This document shows, piece after piece, positions 1 through 12,200 of a stretch of DNA of 64,000 nt. The notes below the pieces were generated by a model. It searched no databases. It was not told the origin of the DNA and saw only the letters and a list, made by a program, of their open reading frames with translations. Within the stretch, counting starts at the first letter, position 1. Every line of letters begins with the position of its first letter. Made by a program: the position numbers and the translations under genes. Source of the stretch: Felis catus (taxonomy: Eukaryota); assembly GCF_018350175.1 (NCBI RefSeq), contig NC_058368.1:83392001-83456000 (forward strand), read 5' to 3'.

Positions 1-1226
1 ACACCATTCACAAAAATAAACTCAAAATGGATAAAGGACCTGAATGTGAGACAGGAAACCATCAAAACCCTAGAGAAGAAAGCAGGAAAAGACCTCTCTG
101 ACCTCAGCTGTAGCAATCTCCTACTCGACACATCCCCAAAGGCAAGGGAATTAAAGCAAAAATGAATTACTGTGACATTATGAAGATTAAAAGCTTCTGC
201 ACAGCAAAGGAAACAACCAACAAAACTAAAAGGCAACCAACGGAATGGGAAAAGATATTTGCAAATGACATATCGGACAAAGGGCTAGTATCCAAAATCT
301 ATAAAGAGCTCAGCAAACTCCACACCTGCAAAACAAATAACCCAGTGAAGAAATGGGAAGAAAACATAAATAGACACTTCTCTAAAGAAGACATCCGGAT
401 GGCCAACAGGCACATGAAAAAATGCTCAACGTCGCTCCTTATCAGGGAAATACAAATCAAAACCACACTCAGACATCACCTCACGCCAGTCAGAGTGGCC
501 AAAATGAACAAATCAGGAGACTATAGATGCTGGAGAGAATGTGGCAAAACGGCAACCCTCTTGCACTGTTGGTGGGAATGTAAATTGGTGCAGCCACTCT
601 GGACAACAGTGTGGAGGTTCCTCAGAAAATTAAAAATAGACCTACCCTATGACCCAGCAATAGCACTGCTAGGAATTTATCCAAGGGATACAGGAGTGCT
701 GATGCATAGGGGCACTTGTACCCCAATGTTTATAGCAGCACTCTCAACAATAGCCAAATTATGGAAAGAGCCTAAATGTCCATCAACTGATGAATGGATA
801 AAGAAATTGTGGTTTATATACACAATGGAGTACTACATGGCAATGAGAAAGAACAAAATATGGCCCTTTGTAGCAACGTGGATGGAACTGGAGAGTGTGA
901 TGCTAAGTGAAATAAGCCATACAGAGAAAGACAGATACCATATGGTTTCACTCTTATATGGATCCTGAGAAACTTAACAGAAACCCATGGAGGAGGGGAA
1001 GGAAAAAAAAAGAGGTTGGAGTGGGAGAGAGCCAAAGCATAAGAGACTCTTAAAAACTGAGAACAAACTGAGGGTTGACGGGGGATGGGAGGGAGGGGGG
1101 GGGTGGGTGATGGGTATTGATGAGGGCACTTTTTGGGATGAGCACTGGGTGTTGTATGGAAACCTATTTGACAATAAACTTCACATATTGAAAAAATAAA
1201 TAAATAAAAAATAAAATAAAATAAAA
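1..1226 (+). mobile_element. Young felid LINE-1, 3' part (ORF2 C-terminus, 3'UTR, A-rich tail); extends beyond the left edge
   Basis: ORF 162-968 encodes the L1 ORF2p C-terminal Cys-rich domain ([30 protein letters not shown]). It is followed by a G-rich 3'UTR and an (AAAAT)n tail ending about 1226. Nearly identical to about 32650-33863. Confidence 0.97.
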
Positions 1227-1749
1227 TTCAGTAGACTTTCAAGTTATGTTCTACCAGGAGTTATTTTTGCATACACCTGCATTCCCCTCAGGAGATTGAT
1301 TCTTTATATAAACACTTTGCCATTAATTTATATCTTTGTCCAAACCCCTATGAGCATCTGTATCTACATATCAATACTCATACCATATTTATATCTATCC
1401 ATTTTATGTAACTAATGAATAGTTTACATTAAATTGTTTAAAGATCTTGAGATTACCTAGATGCCCTTAGCAATGTTGATGTTTCTCCTCTTTGGGGATT
1501 TGTACCTGCCATTCCTTTAGCTATGTTAATTTGAGAAAGCCAACTTTCTCTATCAGTCTGTCTGTTGCCTTATCAGTAATACTGGGATAACAGTACCTTC
1601 TGCCCATATCACAGGATGTTATTGAATCTTTAAAGCACATTCATGAATGTTTTTGAGTAAGATAACATATTTAAATAAGCTTCTAAAATTCCAGCATGCA
1701 AATGCACCATTATTGATTTAGAAAAAAATAAATGAAATCACATTATCAA

Positions 1750-2775
1750 AAAAAAAAGAGGGAAGATTATAGCAATACAGGCCTACCTCAATAAGAAAAA
1801 AACAAAAACAACACCCCAAAACAATAATTTAATTTTATACCAAAAGGAACTAGAAATATAATAAACAAAGACCAAAGGCAGTAGAAGGAAGGAAATAATA
1901 AAGGCTACAGCAGAAACGAATAAAACAGAAAGTCCCCTCCACTCCTCAAAAAATAGAACAGATCAATTAATCCAGAAGCTGGTTCTTTGAAGTATCAATA
2001 AAATTGAGAAGCCTTATTTAAGATTAACCCATAAAACAACAGAAAAAACCCCCACAGAGGTAGGGCTCAAATAAAATCAGAAATGAGGGGGCACCTGGGT
2101 GACTCTGTCACTTAAACGTCTGAATTTGGCTCAGGTCATGATCTCATGGTTCATTGATTCGAGCCCTGTGTCAGGCTCTGTGCTGACAGCTCAGAGCCTG
2201 GAGACTACTTCAGATTCTGTGTCCCCATTTCTCTTCTCTCCTCCCCTCTCCCCTCCCCTCCCTTCTCCTCCTCCCTCTCCTTCTTCTTCTTCTTCTTCTT
2301 CTCTCTGTCTCTCTCTCTCTGTCAAATAAACATTAAAAAATCAGAAATGAAGATTGAAGAATAACAATCAACACATACATAGAGAAAAGATTATAAGAGA
2401 ATACGATAACAAAAAAAATATCCCAAAACAGTGAACAATCTAGAATTAGATAAATACCTAGAAATACAAAACTCCCAAATCTCTATCAGGAACAAATAGA
2501 ATTTTTTTAAAAAATATTTTACTAGCAAATAAGTTGAATCTATAATCAGAAAAATCTCAACAAACACAAGTTCAGAACAAGATCATTTCACAGGTGGATG
2601 ACAACAAACATTTGAAGAATTAATATTTATTCTTCTCAAACTACTCTAAAAAAATTGAAGCAGAAGGAAAGATTCCAAATTCATCCTGCAAGGCAGAATT
2701 GCCATTATATCAAAACCAGATAAAAACACTTTAAAAAGAGAAAGAAAGAAGAAGAAAGAAAAAGAAAGAAAGAAA

Positions 2776-2807
<32 letters not shown>

Positions 2808-3903
2808 AAAATACAGTCCAATATCTCTAATGAACAAAAATGAAAAAAGTTTCAACAACAACAACAACAACAACAACAAAAAAACCAGAATCCAACAATA
2901 CATCAAAAACAAAACTCATTACACTTAAGTGAGATTTACTTCTGGGATGCAAGTGTGGTTCAATATTCATAATTCAATCAGCATGACACATTAAATCAAG
3001 AAAAGAAAGCACAAAAAATGACCATTTCAATAGATGCAGAAAGTAACATTTGACAGCCTACAACATTCTTCTATGATACAACCTCTCAACAAAGTAGTTT
3101 GAGCAGATAAGATACTAAAAGCCCCATATGAAAAACACACATGTAATATCATACTCAATGCTCAAAAAACAGGAGCTATTCCTCTAAGATCAAGAACAAA
3201 AAAGGTTATCTATTCTCACCACTGGAAGTTCTAGCCATGGAAATCATACAAGAAAAAAAAAAAAAGAAAGGCATCCAAATTGGTAAGGGAGAAGTAAATC
3301 TTTAAATAGTTGTAGATGACATGTAAGTGATATAAAAATCCCTAGAGTCTACCAAAAAACTACTAGAACTAATAAATGATTACAGCAAATTCATAAGATA
3401 AAAAAACAATAGTCAGAAATAAATTGCATTTCTATACACTAATAATGAAGTAGAAGATATAGAAATTTAAAAGAAAAAATCCCATTTATAATTACACCAA
3501 AAAAATAAAATATCCAGGAATAAACATAGAAATGGAGGCAAAAGATAATATAAATATAAAAATAAATATATGTATGTGTGTGTGAAAAATATAAAGCATA
3601 GATAAAATAAATTGAAGGTACATGAACAAATGAAAAGATATCCCATGCTCATGGATAGAACAAACATTCTCGTGGGAGAATAAATACTGTTAAAATGTAC
3701 ATACTACCCAAAGCAATCCACATATATAATGTGATTACGATCAAAATACCAATACCCATTTTTTCACAGAACTACAATAAATAAATAATACTAAAAATTG
3801 TGTGGAACCACAAAATACCTCAAAATTTCCAAAACAATCTTGAAAATGAAAAAATTGAAGGTATTCCAATCAAAGATTTCAAGACATACTACAAAGCTGT
3901 AAC
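1750..3903 (+). mobile_element. Older degenerate L1 ORF2 fragment containing a SINE and expanded microsatellites
   Basis: Collinear with the ORF2 DNA of the other L1s in the window (gggatgcaagtgtggttcaatattc, atagatgcagaaa, gtagatgacatg, gacatactacaaagctg), with many stops. (GAAA)n at about 2737-2810 and (AAC)n at about 2853-2880. Confidence 0.9.
2087..2336 (+). mobile_element. CanSINE (tRNA-derived)
   Basis: ggggcacctgggtg head, CT-rich body, aataaacatt tail. TSD aaaatcagaaatga at 2073-2086 and 2337-2350. Confidence 0.95.
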
Positions 3904-3954
3904 ACTTTTTGAAACGAACAACAACAAACAAACAAGCAAACAAAATGCAACACT

Positions 3955-4176
3955 CATTGCTTCTTGCTCCCCAGCCTGTGGTCCACAGAGGTTTTCCTCT
4001 TGTTCAAACCCAATATTGGACTCTTTCAACTCCTCTCTCTTTCCCTCCTTTTTTGTCTCTCCATGGAAATTGTTCCCTTCCCTCTGCAGCACCACCGTTT
4101 TTCTCTTCCCCAAATCACTCCCATGCACTTTGCACCTACCACACGGTCTCCCACCAACTGTGGAGATCCTTCTGCC
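3955..4176 (-). mobile_element. Fragment of an older carnivore L1 5'UTR
   Basis: Reverse complement (ctggcagaaggatctccacagttggtgggag...) resembles the L1 5' ends at 9050-9216 and 7650-7842. Confidence 0.6.
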
Positions 4177-5672
4177 AGTTCTATTTTTAGTTTTTTGAGA
4201 AACCTCCATACTGTTTTCCAGAGTGGCTGCACCAGCTTGCATTGCCACCAACAATGCAAAAGAGATCCTCTTTCTCCTCATCCTTGCCAACATCTGTTGT
4301 TGCCTAAGTTGTTAGCCATTCTGACAGGTGTGAGGTGGTATCTCATTGTGGTTTTGATTTGTATTTCCCTGATGATGAGTGATGTTGAGCATTTTTTCTG
4401 TGTCGGTTGGCCATCTGGATGTCTTCTTTGGAGGAGTGTCTCTTCATGTCTTTTGCCCATTGCTTCACTGGATTATTTGTTTTTTGGGTGTTGAGTTTGA
4501 TAAATTCTTTGTAGATATTGGATTCTAACCCTTTATTGGATATGTCATTTGCAAATATCTTCTCCCATTCAGTCGGTTGCCTTTTAGTTTTGCTGATTGT
4601 TTCCTTCAGTGTGCAGAAGTTTTTATTTTGATGAGGTCCCAATAGTTCATTTTTTCTTTTGTTTACCTTGCCTCCGGAGATGTGTTGAGTAAAAAATTGC
4701 TGCGGGCAAGATCAAAGAGGTTTTTGGCTGCTTTTTCCTCCAGGATTTGGATGGCTTCCTGTCTTACATTGAGGTCTTTCATCCACTTTGAGTTTATTTT
4801 TGTGTATGGTGTAAGAAAGTGGTCCAGGTTCATTCTTCTGCATGTCGCTGTCCAGTTTTCCCAACACCACTTGTTGAAGAGACTGTCCTTATTCCATTGG
4901 ATATTCTTTCTTGCTTTGTCAAAGATTAGTTGGCCATATGTTTGTGGGCCCATTTCTGTGTTCTCTATTCTATTCCATTGGTCCGAGTGTCTGTTCTTGT
5001 TCCAGTACCATACTGTATTGATGATTACAGCTTTATAGTATAGCTTGAAGTCTGGTATTCAACATAGTATTGGAAGTCTTAGCCTCTGCAATCAGATAAC
5101 ACAAAGAAATAAAAGGCATCCAAATCAGCCAGGAGGATGTCAAACTTTCACTCTTCACAGATGACATGATACTCTATGTGAAAAACCCAAAAGATTCCAC
5201 CAAAAAACTGCTAGAACTGATTCATGAATTCAGCAAAGTTGCAGGATATAAAATCAATGCACATAAATAGTTTGCATTCCTATACACCAACAGTGAAGCA
5301 ACAGAAAGAGAAATCAAGGAATTGATCCCATTTGCAGTTGCACCAAAAACCATAAAAAACCTAGGAATAAATCTAACAAAAGAGGTGAAAAATCTATACA
5401 CTGAAAAGTGCAGAAAGCTTATGAAAGAAATTGAAAAAGACACAAAGAAATTGAAAAAGATTCCATGCTCCTGGATAGGAAGAACAAATATTGTTAAGAT
5501 GTCAATACTATCCAAAGCAATCTACATATTCAACACGATCCCTATCAAAGTAACACCAGCATTCTTCACAGAGCTAGAACAAATAATCCTAAAATTTGTA
5601 TGGAACCAGAAAAGACCCCAAATAGCCAAGGCAATCTTGAAAAAGAAAACCAAATCAGGAGGCATCACAATC
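4177..5672 (-). mobile_element. 5'-inverted (twin-primed) L1 ORF2 insertion with its 3' end lost
   Basis: 4177-5055 is ORF2 on the minus strand and 5056-5672 is the adjacent upstream ORF2 segment on the plus strand. The breakpoints abut exactly (ggcatcacaatc | ccagacttcaagc). Confidence 0.9.
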
Positions 5673-7842
5673 TTGCCCAGGTTTTGTTGAAAAATCTACA
5701 GCTAGCTTTATGAGTCTTCCCTTAAAATTTAAAGACTGCTTTCGTCTTGCTGCTTTAAAAGATTTTTTTTATCACTACATTTCGCACATTTAATTATCAC
5801 ATGTCTTAGTGTTGGCTAGCTTTTGCTCATTTCAGTGGGATTTCTCTGTGTCTCCTGGATCTAGATGTCTATTTTCTTGAAATTTTCATAATTTCATAAG
5901 GGAAATTTTTATAATTTCATAATAATCCTGACATAAATTTTATGCCTCATTTTCTCTCTCTTGCACTCTCTTTAGTGCAGATCCTTATATTCCAATTTTT
6001 TCTCTTCTATATCACTAATTTATTCTGCTGCTTCTTTCAGCCTACTATTCATTAATTACATGAAGCCTGTTTTCAACTTCAGTCATTACAATCTTCATTT
6101 CTGACTGATTCTTTTTTAACTCTTTATATCTGTGGAAAGTGAACCCTATGTCTTCCATTCCTTTTTCTTAAGCCCATAGAGTGTCCCTGTGATTATTGCC
6201 TTAAATTATCCATCAGACATGTTACTCATATCTGTTCACCTTAGATATTTGGTTGTGGCCTTATCTTGTTCTTTCATTTGTGATGAATTCTTCAGTCTCT
6301 GCATTTAGTCTCAGTTTTTGTCTCCTTCTCTGTGTTAGTAAAGCCAGTTATGTTTCCTGCTCCAGGGAGTAATTGCTTTATGGAGAAGAGGTCATATAGT
6401 CTCTGGGGCCTGGCATTTCAGGGAGTGTTGTTGTGTGCTTTGCTGTTGTGTTTTGGCTCCTGTGTCTTTCAGGTCAGTCATCTAAAGAGTCCGTCCTTGG
6501 CTTCAGTGGGTAGTGTTTGGCCCTTGGCAAGGATGTGGCAGATTTTCACCAGGTGTGCTCCAGTGTGTTTGTTAAAATATATCCGATACTACTTCCACTA
6601 GAACTGAAGCCCTGAAGAACTCTCTTGTTGTGGGATGTTGTGTGGTCAAGGTTTCTGCTGACTTTCTGGGGGAAGGACTCACCATGCTGACACTGAAGCA
6701 AGGTTGACTGAGAAGGGCAGTCCTGAAAGAGTGCCGAAGTGTTGGACTTTGTGTAAGCAAGTTAAGCAAGATGTTTGGGCACTGCACTGCTTCCTGCAGG
6801 TGGCTTTGTGTTTCTTCTGAGGGGCGAGAGAGGGAGATGACGCCAGCAAGCTTCTTCATCCCCAGAGAGGCATATCCAGATATGCTGCTTCTAAGATAAG
6901 CACTATGAGAAGTGCAAATAATCTTCCCTTTATGTGTCCCAGGCCTTTTTCAGATCACTGTTTCTAATCTGTCTGCCCCTGAGTTGTTTGCTTTCCATCT
7001 CTTCCAGGAGCTGAACAGTGCCCTCTGGTCTCTAACCCAGCCAAGCCTACTAGCCTTTCAACGTCCAGTCTTTAGAGACGTAATTTGGGTAGGGGATTGT
7101 GCTGGTCTTCTGTGGGAGGGCCCTATCTTTCTCAGACTGAGATCAGCTTGACCAAGGAGGACTGTCCCACCAGAGTACAGGGGTGAGGGGCTTGGTGTAA
7201 GCAAGTTAGGCAACTATGCTGTTTCCTGCAGATGGCTGTGTTTATGCTGAGGGTGGGAGAGGAAAATATTCAGGAAATGGCCTGTTATTTTGTCCCCAGA
7301 GAGGTATCTTTGTGAATGCTCCCTCTCAGGGATGCATTCCAAATACAGGGAATAATCTCCCCCTTGTGTGACCCAGGCATTCTACAAATCGCTACTTCTA
7401 AGCCATCTACCACAGGGTTGTTGCCTGCTTTCACTTCAGGAGCAGTGCAGTGTCACATATGTTGACCTTTAAATTCCAGTTATTAAGTTTCACTGAACCT
7501 CAAGAACTCACAAAATTCAGCCCCTCTAGTTTTCCCAGGCAATAGCTTTGGGGAAATGTTCTCCTTGGGCATTACCCTGAATGTTCTGCTCCCTCTCACC
7601 CTTCTCTGTGACCGTGGCTTTCTCCTGTCACCAGCACCTACCATTCATTTCCCTCCTAAACCATGTCTGCACACTTTCTACCCTCTTCAATATGTCTTCT
7701 TCTGTCCCTTTATTTGTGGAGTTTGATTTGTCAGTCTTCAGTTTGATTTATGAGGCATTTAGAAAGATTTGATATTCATTTAGTTCTGTTCATGGACCGG
7801 GAGCTTACGGTCCCCCTACAACAGCATCATATTCTCTTCCCC
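5673..7842 (-). mobile_element. Older carnivore L1 5'UTR plus ORF1 (degenerate)
   Basis: The minus strand starts with an L1-like 5' end (ggggaagagaatatgatgctg...ctgaagactgacaaatcaaactccac). ORF1-like DNA at 5673-6300. Two diverged copies of a roughly 440-bp unit in the UTR. Confidence 0.8.
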
Positions 7843-8878
7843 TTACTGTCTTCTTCATGATAGGTATTCTAATAAGTGTGAGGAGAAATATTTCCGTGTT
7901 TTCTATTTGTATTTTCTAATTTTTAGTGGTGTTGTGCAACCTTTCTTTACCATTACAATGTCTTCTTTGAACAAAAATAATTTAGTTCTTCTGGGTGATT
8001 CCATGTTAGTGTACTTCCAGACATTGATGGATGGACTTCTTACTGACAGCAGCCATCAGACTGTATTTCTTTATGACATTTTATATTCTTATGCACTACT
8101 TCTGTCATTTTGCTTCTTCCTCCCAGTCACAGAGCAAGAAAAGTATTACTTCAGCTGTGTTCCACACCACTGGGGAAGATGGGCATTCAATCATTTCTCT
8201 TGGTTTATCCTGTGAGAGATGTTTGGCAGATCATACCTGTGTGTTGTTGCCTTAGGCAAGGATGGAGTTTGTCCCATAGAAAGCTCCTATCTCTGTTGCA
8301 TCCAAACTCACTTTTATATTCTCCATTAGCATGCTGAAATCACCCCTTGAAAAGATTGGACTTGTGAAGTTTCTTTCTTCTCTGTGTATCTGTATATCTG
8401 CCCATTTCTGCACTCTCCAGATTTTGCTGATCACAGAGAGAGGATTTGAGGTAAGTTCAGTGTTCACCTGCTTCTGTAATTCCTATAAAGCTCTGCCTGC
8501 CTATAACTGTATATACAAGTGGGGGAGACTCCTCCTGAATACCTGCTTTTGTTCCTGGATAGATGCCTAATTCTTTGTTACAAAAGGGAGACTAAAAGAA
8601 AAATAAATTATGCAGTTGTAATGCTTATATCACTCTTCTTTTGATGAAGTTTAACTTAATTATTTTTACATATTACATTTGTTCTTACTTTTATAAGTTC
8701 TTGTTATTTTATCTATTTACCCTGTGTCAATAATCTTTCATTTTCCAAAATTTGTTTCTTTTCTTGAATGATTGAGTTTCAATTGTCTATACACTGTCAT
8801 TTTTTATTCATTTGAAAGATGTCTATATTACTAATAGTCTTATTTGACAATACAAAATGCATTCATTAAACTTATATT

Positions 8879-8881
<3 letters not shown>

Positions 8882-8917
<36 letters not shown>
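8882..8917. repeat. (CA)n microsatellite
   Basis: Direct reading. Confidence 0.95.
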
Positions 8918-8920
<3 letters not shown>

Positions 8921-9049
8921 TATCTTCCATAAAAACAATTACATTTTGTTAAAGTTTTAACGCTTATTTTCCTTACCTTTTAATTTTCATTTTTGGAATT
9001 ATATTCATAGACTTCACAAATATATATTAAAATTTATAAAGGTATCCAG

Positions 9050-9216
9050 GGAGACAGAAAGATGGTATTGGAGTAGTTGAAAGCTAGTCTTACCTCATCC
9101 CAAGTATATAACTAGATACCAATCAAATCATACTACATACCAAGAAATTGAACTAAGGACTGACAGAAGGAACTCCACAACTAAAGGGAGAGAAGGAGCC
9201 ATATCATAGAAGGTGA
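9050..9216 (+). mobile_element. 5' end of an older carnivore L1, interrupted by a younger L1
   Basis: aagatggtattggagtag...ggactgacagaaggaactccacaactaaaggg resembles the L1 5' terminus at 7842 (-). Confidence 0.75.
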
Positions 9217-12200
9217 GGGGAGGAGCCAAGATGGCAGAACAGCATGAAAGTTTTTTGTGTGTCTCACGTCCATGAGGTACAGCCAGACCATCACTAAACC
9301 ATCCTGCACACCTAGAACACTGACCTGAGGATTAACACACCAATCTACACAACCTGAACCACAGAACTCAGCAGGTATGTGGCACAGAGACGTGAACTGG
9401 GGGAGAAAGAAGCTGCGGAGGGTAGGGAGCCACTTTTGCAGGCAAAGAGAGGACAGAGACAGGGGGAGAGTATGGGAAAAGCACCTCCATAAAAGCAGCT
9501 GGAGAGAAAGTGGAAGAGTGGAAACAGCTGCAGGAACTGAAGTAAAAAGGGAGAAAGGAGAAAGGAAAGGGTTTAAATTCCATCAAGACTATAAACAGAG
9601 GGAACGCAGAGTCTGAAACACTGCAGCTCAATGCCTGGTGGTGCGCTGGTGGGAAGGGTGAATCCCCAGGAACAGAGTGGAGTCTGGAGGCCTTAGGGCC
9701 ACATGCAGGAGCTGGTTACACTGCTGGGAGGACACCTGTAGAGGCTGTGTGGGTACTCCAATGTCAAGGCCCCAGTGGACCCAGGAGAACAACCACATTC
9801 GCTGGTGCTGGAACAAGGTCATTAAGGGTGAAGCCTGGTGCTAGATGTGTGTTGTGATTTTCCATAATCCCTGAAACGCTGCTGCTACACTATCTTGTGA
9901 AATTTTTCTGGGGTGGACTGACACCTGGCTGCAGTCTCCGGGCATTGGCAGCAGCATGGTCCTGCAAATGTCCTGGGTGCGGCTGGCACCTGGCCATTGC
10001 TCAGTGAGACCCTCTTGCAGAGGGGCAGAATGGATCAAAGCCACAGCCCCTCAGAAGTAAGCGGTTGGGAAAAACAGCCACATCTGAGAAAAAACTCAGG
10101 ATGGAGGTGCTTTCTGGAGTGTGGTCATGGACTGTGTAAAAGCAGGGAGTGGACAAAAGTCAAAGACAAAGGACAGGTGCGTGATTGCTGATCAGGAAGA
10201 GCAGAGTTCTGATACTAGAGAATGGATGGCTGGGTTATGCCATTTTCACCACTCCTGTGCATGTGCATATGTACCTACAAGCACCACAAGAATCTACCCC
10301 AGTAAGCTAAGCAGTGCCATCTAGTGGAGAACAAAGCTGTTACACTAAGCCCTACCCTACTGGGCCAACCTCGCTCTTTAGTAACACAAGTCTCTCTGCC
10401 TGCTTAGTTTATGGACTATAAAGTGCTTCATCGTTTGACTTCTAGGGGAAAACAAAGTAATTTCAGTCGTCTTTCAGTCTGTTCACTGGTCCATCTATTC
10501 AATTTTTTTTCTTTCTTTTCTTTTTCTTTTTCTTTTTTCTCTTTTTCATTTCTTTTTCTTGAATACAGAAAGAAAAAATCATTTTTATTTTTAATTTTAT
10601 TAAAAATACATTTTTTAAATTTTTTGTACTATATATATATTTTAATATTTTTGTTTTTTCTTTCAAGGTTTATTTATTTTTGGGACAAAGAGAGACAGAG
10701 CATGAACGGGGGAGGGGCAGAGAGAGAGGGAGACACAGAATCGGAAACAGGCTCCAGACTCTGAGCCATCAGCCCAGAGCCCGACGCGGGGATCGAACTC
10801 ACGGACCGTGAGATCGTGACCTGGCTGAAGTCAGACGCTTAACCGACTGCGCCACCCAGGCGCCCCATGTACTATATTTTTTTACTTTTGTGTAACTTTT
10901 TTCAAAATATATTTTACTTCCATCATTTCAATTTAGTCTACTTCCATGTAATCATTTTTTTTCAAATTTTCAAAAGATTTCCTTTTTTTCTTTTTCCCCC
11001 TTTTTTCCCTCTAATCTGTGAAGCCCCTTTCAACACCCAGACCAAATCACACCTAGGATCTAGCATAATTTATTTGATTGTGTGTGTGTGTGTGTTTAAT
11101 TTTTAAAATTTTAATGTTTTTTTAAGTTACTTTATTTTAATTTTAATATTTTTACCTCATTAATTCCTTTTCTTCCTTCAAAATGATGAAATGAAGGAAT
11201 TCACCCCAAAAGAAAGAGCAGGAAGATATGACAGTGACTTGATCAAAACAGATACAAGCAAGATGTCTCAACCAGAATTTAGAATCATAATAATAAGAAT
11301 ACTAGCTGGAGTAAAAAATGGATTAGGTTCCCTTTATGCAGAGATACAAGAAGTAAAAGCTAGTCGGGATGAAATAAAACATGCTATAACTGAGCTGCAA
11401 TCTCGAATGGATGCCATGGTGGCAATGGTGGATGAGGCAGAAGAGAGAATCAGCGGTATTGAGGACAAACTTATGGAGAATAATGAAGCAAAAAAAAAAA
11501 AAAGGAGAATAAGGAAAAAGAGCACGATTTAAGAATTAGAGAAATCAGTGACTCATTAAAAAGGCATAACATCAGAATCCTAGGGGGAGAGAGAAATAGG
11601 GGTAGAAGGGTTATGTGAGCAAATCATAGCAGAAAACTTTCCTAACCTGGGGAAAGACACAGACATCAAACTCCAGGAAGCACAGAGGACTCCTATTAGA
11701 ATCAACAAAAACCGACTATCAACAAGGCATATCATAGTCAAATGCACAAAATACTCAAGCAAGGAGAGAATCATGAAAGCAGCAAGGGACAAAAAGTTCT
11801 TAACCTACAAGGGAAGACAGATCAGGTTTGCAACAAAATCTATCCACAGAATCTTGGCAGGCCAGAAAGGAGTGGCAGGATATATTCAGTGTGCTGAATC
11901 AGAAAAATATGTAGGCAAGAAATCTTTATCCAGCAAGGGTTTCATTCAAAATAGATGGAGAGATCAAAAGTTTCCCAGACAAACAAAAATTAAAGGAGTT
12001 TGTGACCACTAAACCAGCCCTGCAAGAAATTTTAAGGGGGACTCTCTGAGGGGAGAAATGAAGAAATTAGAAAATAATAAATAAATAAATAAATAAATAC
12101 CAAAAGCAACAAAGACAAGAAAGGACCAGAGAACACCAGAAACTCCAACTCTACAAGCAACATAATGGCAATAAATTCATATCTTTCGGTACTCACTCTA

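Noticed and set aside
1078..1115. G-quadruplex-like G-run tract (also at about 33728-33765)
   Set aside because: A standard feature of L1 3'UTRs.
2087..2170. tRNA genes at SINE heads
   Set aside because: These are tRNA-derived SINE heads with CT bodies, A tails and TSDs, not tRNA genes.
6640..7500. Two diverged copies of a roughly 440-bp unit
   Set aside because: Lies inside an old L1 5'UTR, where tandem units are common.
8020..8400. Possible decayed OR pseudogene (DFLLTAA..HYFCH resembles DGFLLTP..HFFCE)
   Set aside because: No MAYDRY, KAF.TC.SH or NP.IY remnants found at the expected spacing, so the resemblance may be chance.
10411..10764. ORFs sharing the peptide ERQSMNGGGAEREGDTESETGSRL (also 61031-61252)
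   Set aside because: Antisense translation of SINEC_Fc elements, not a gene family.
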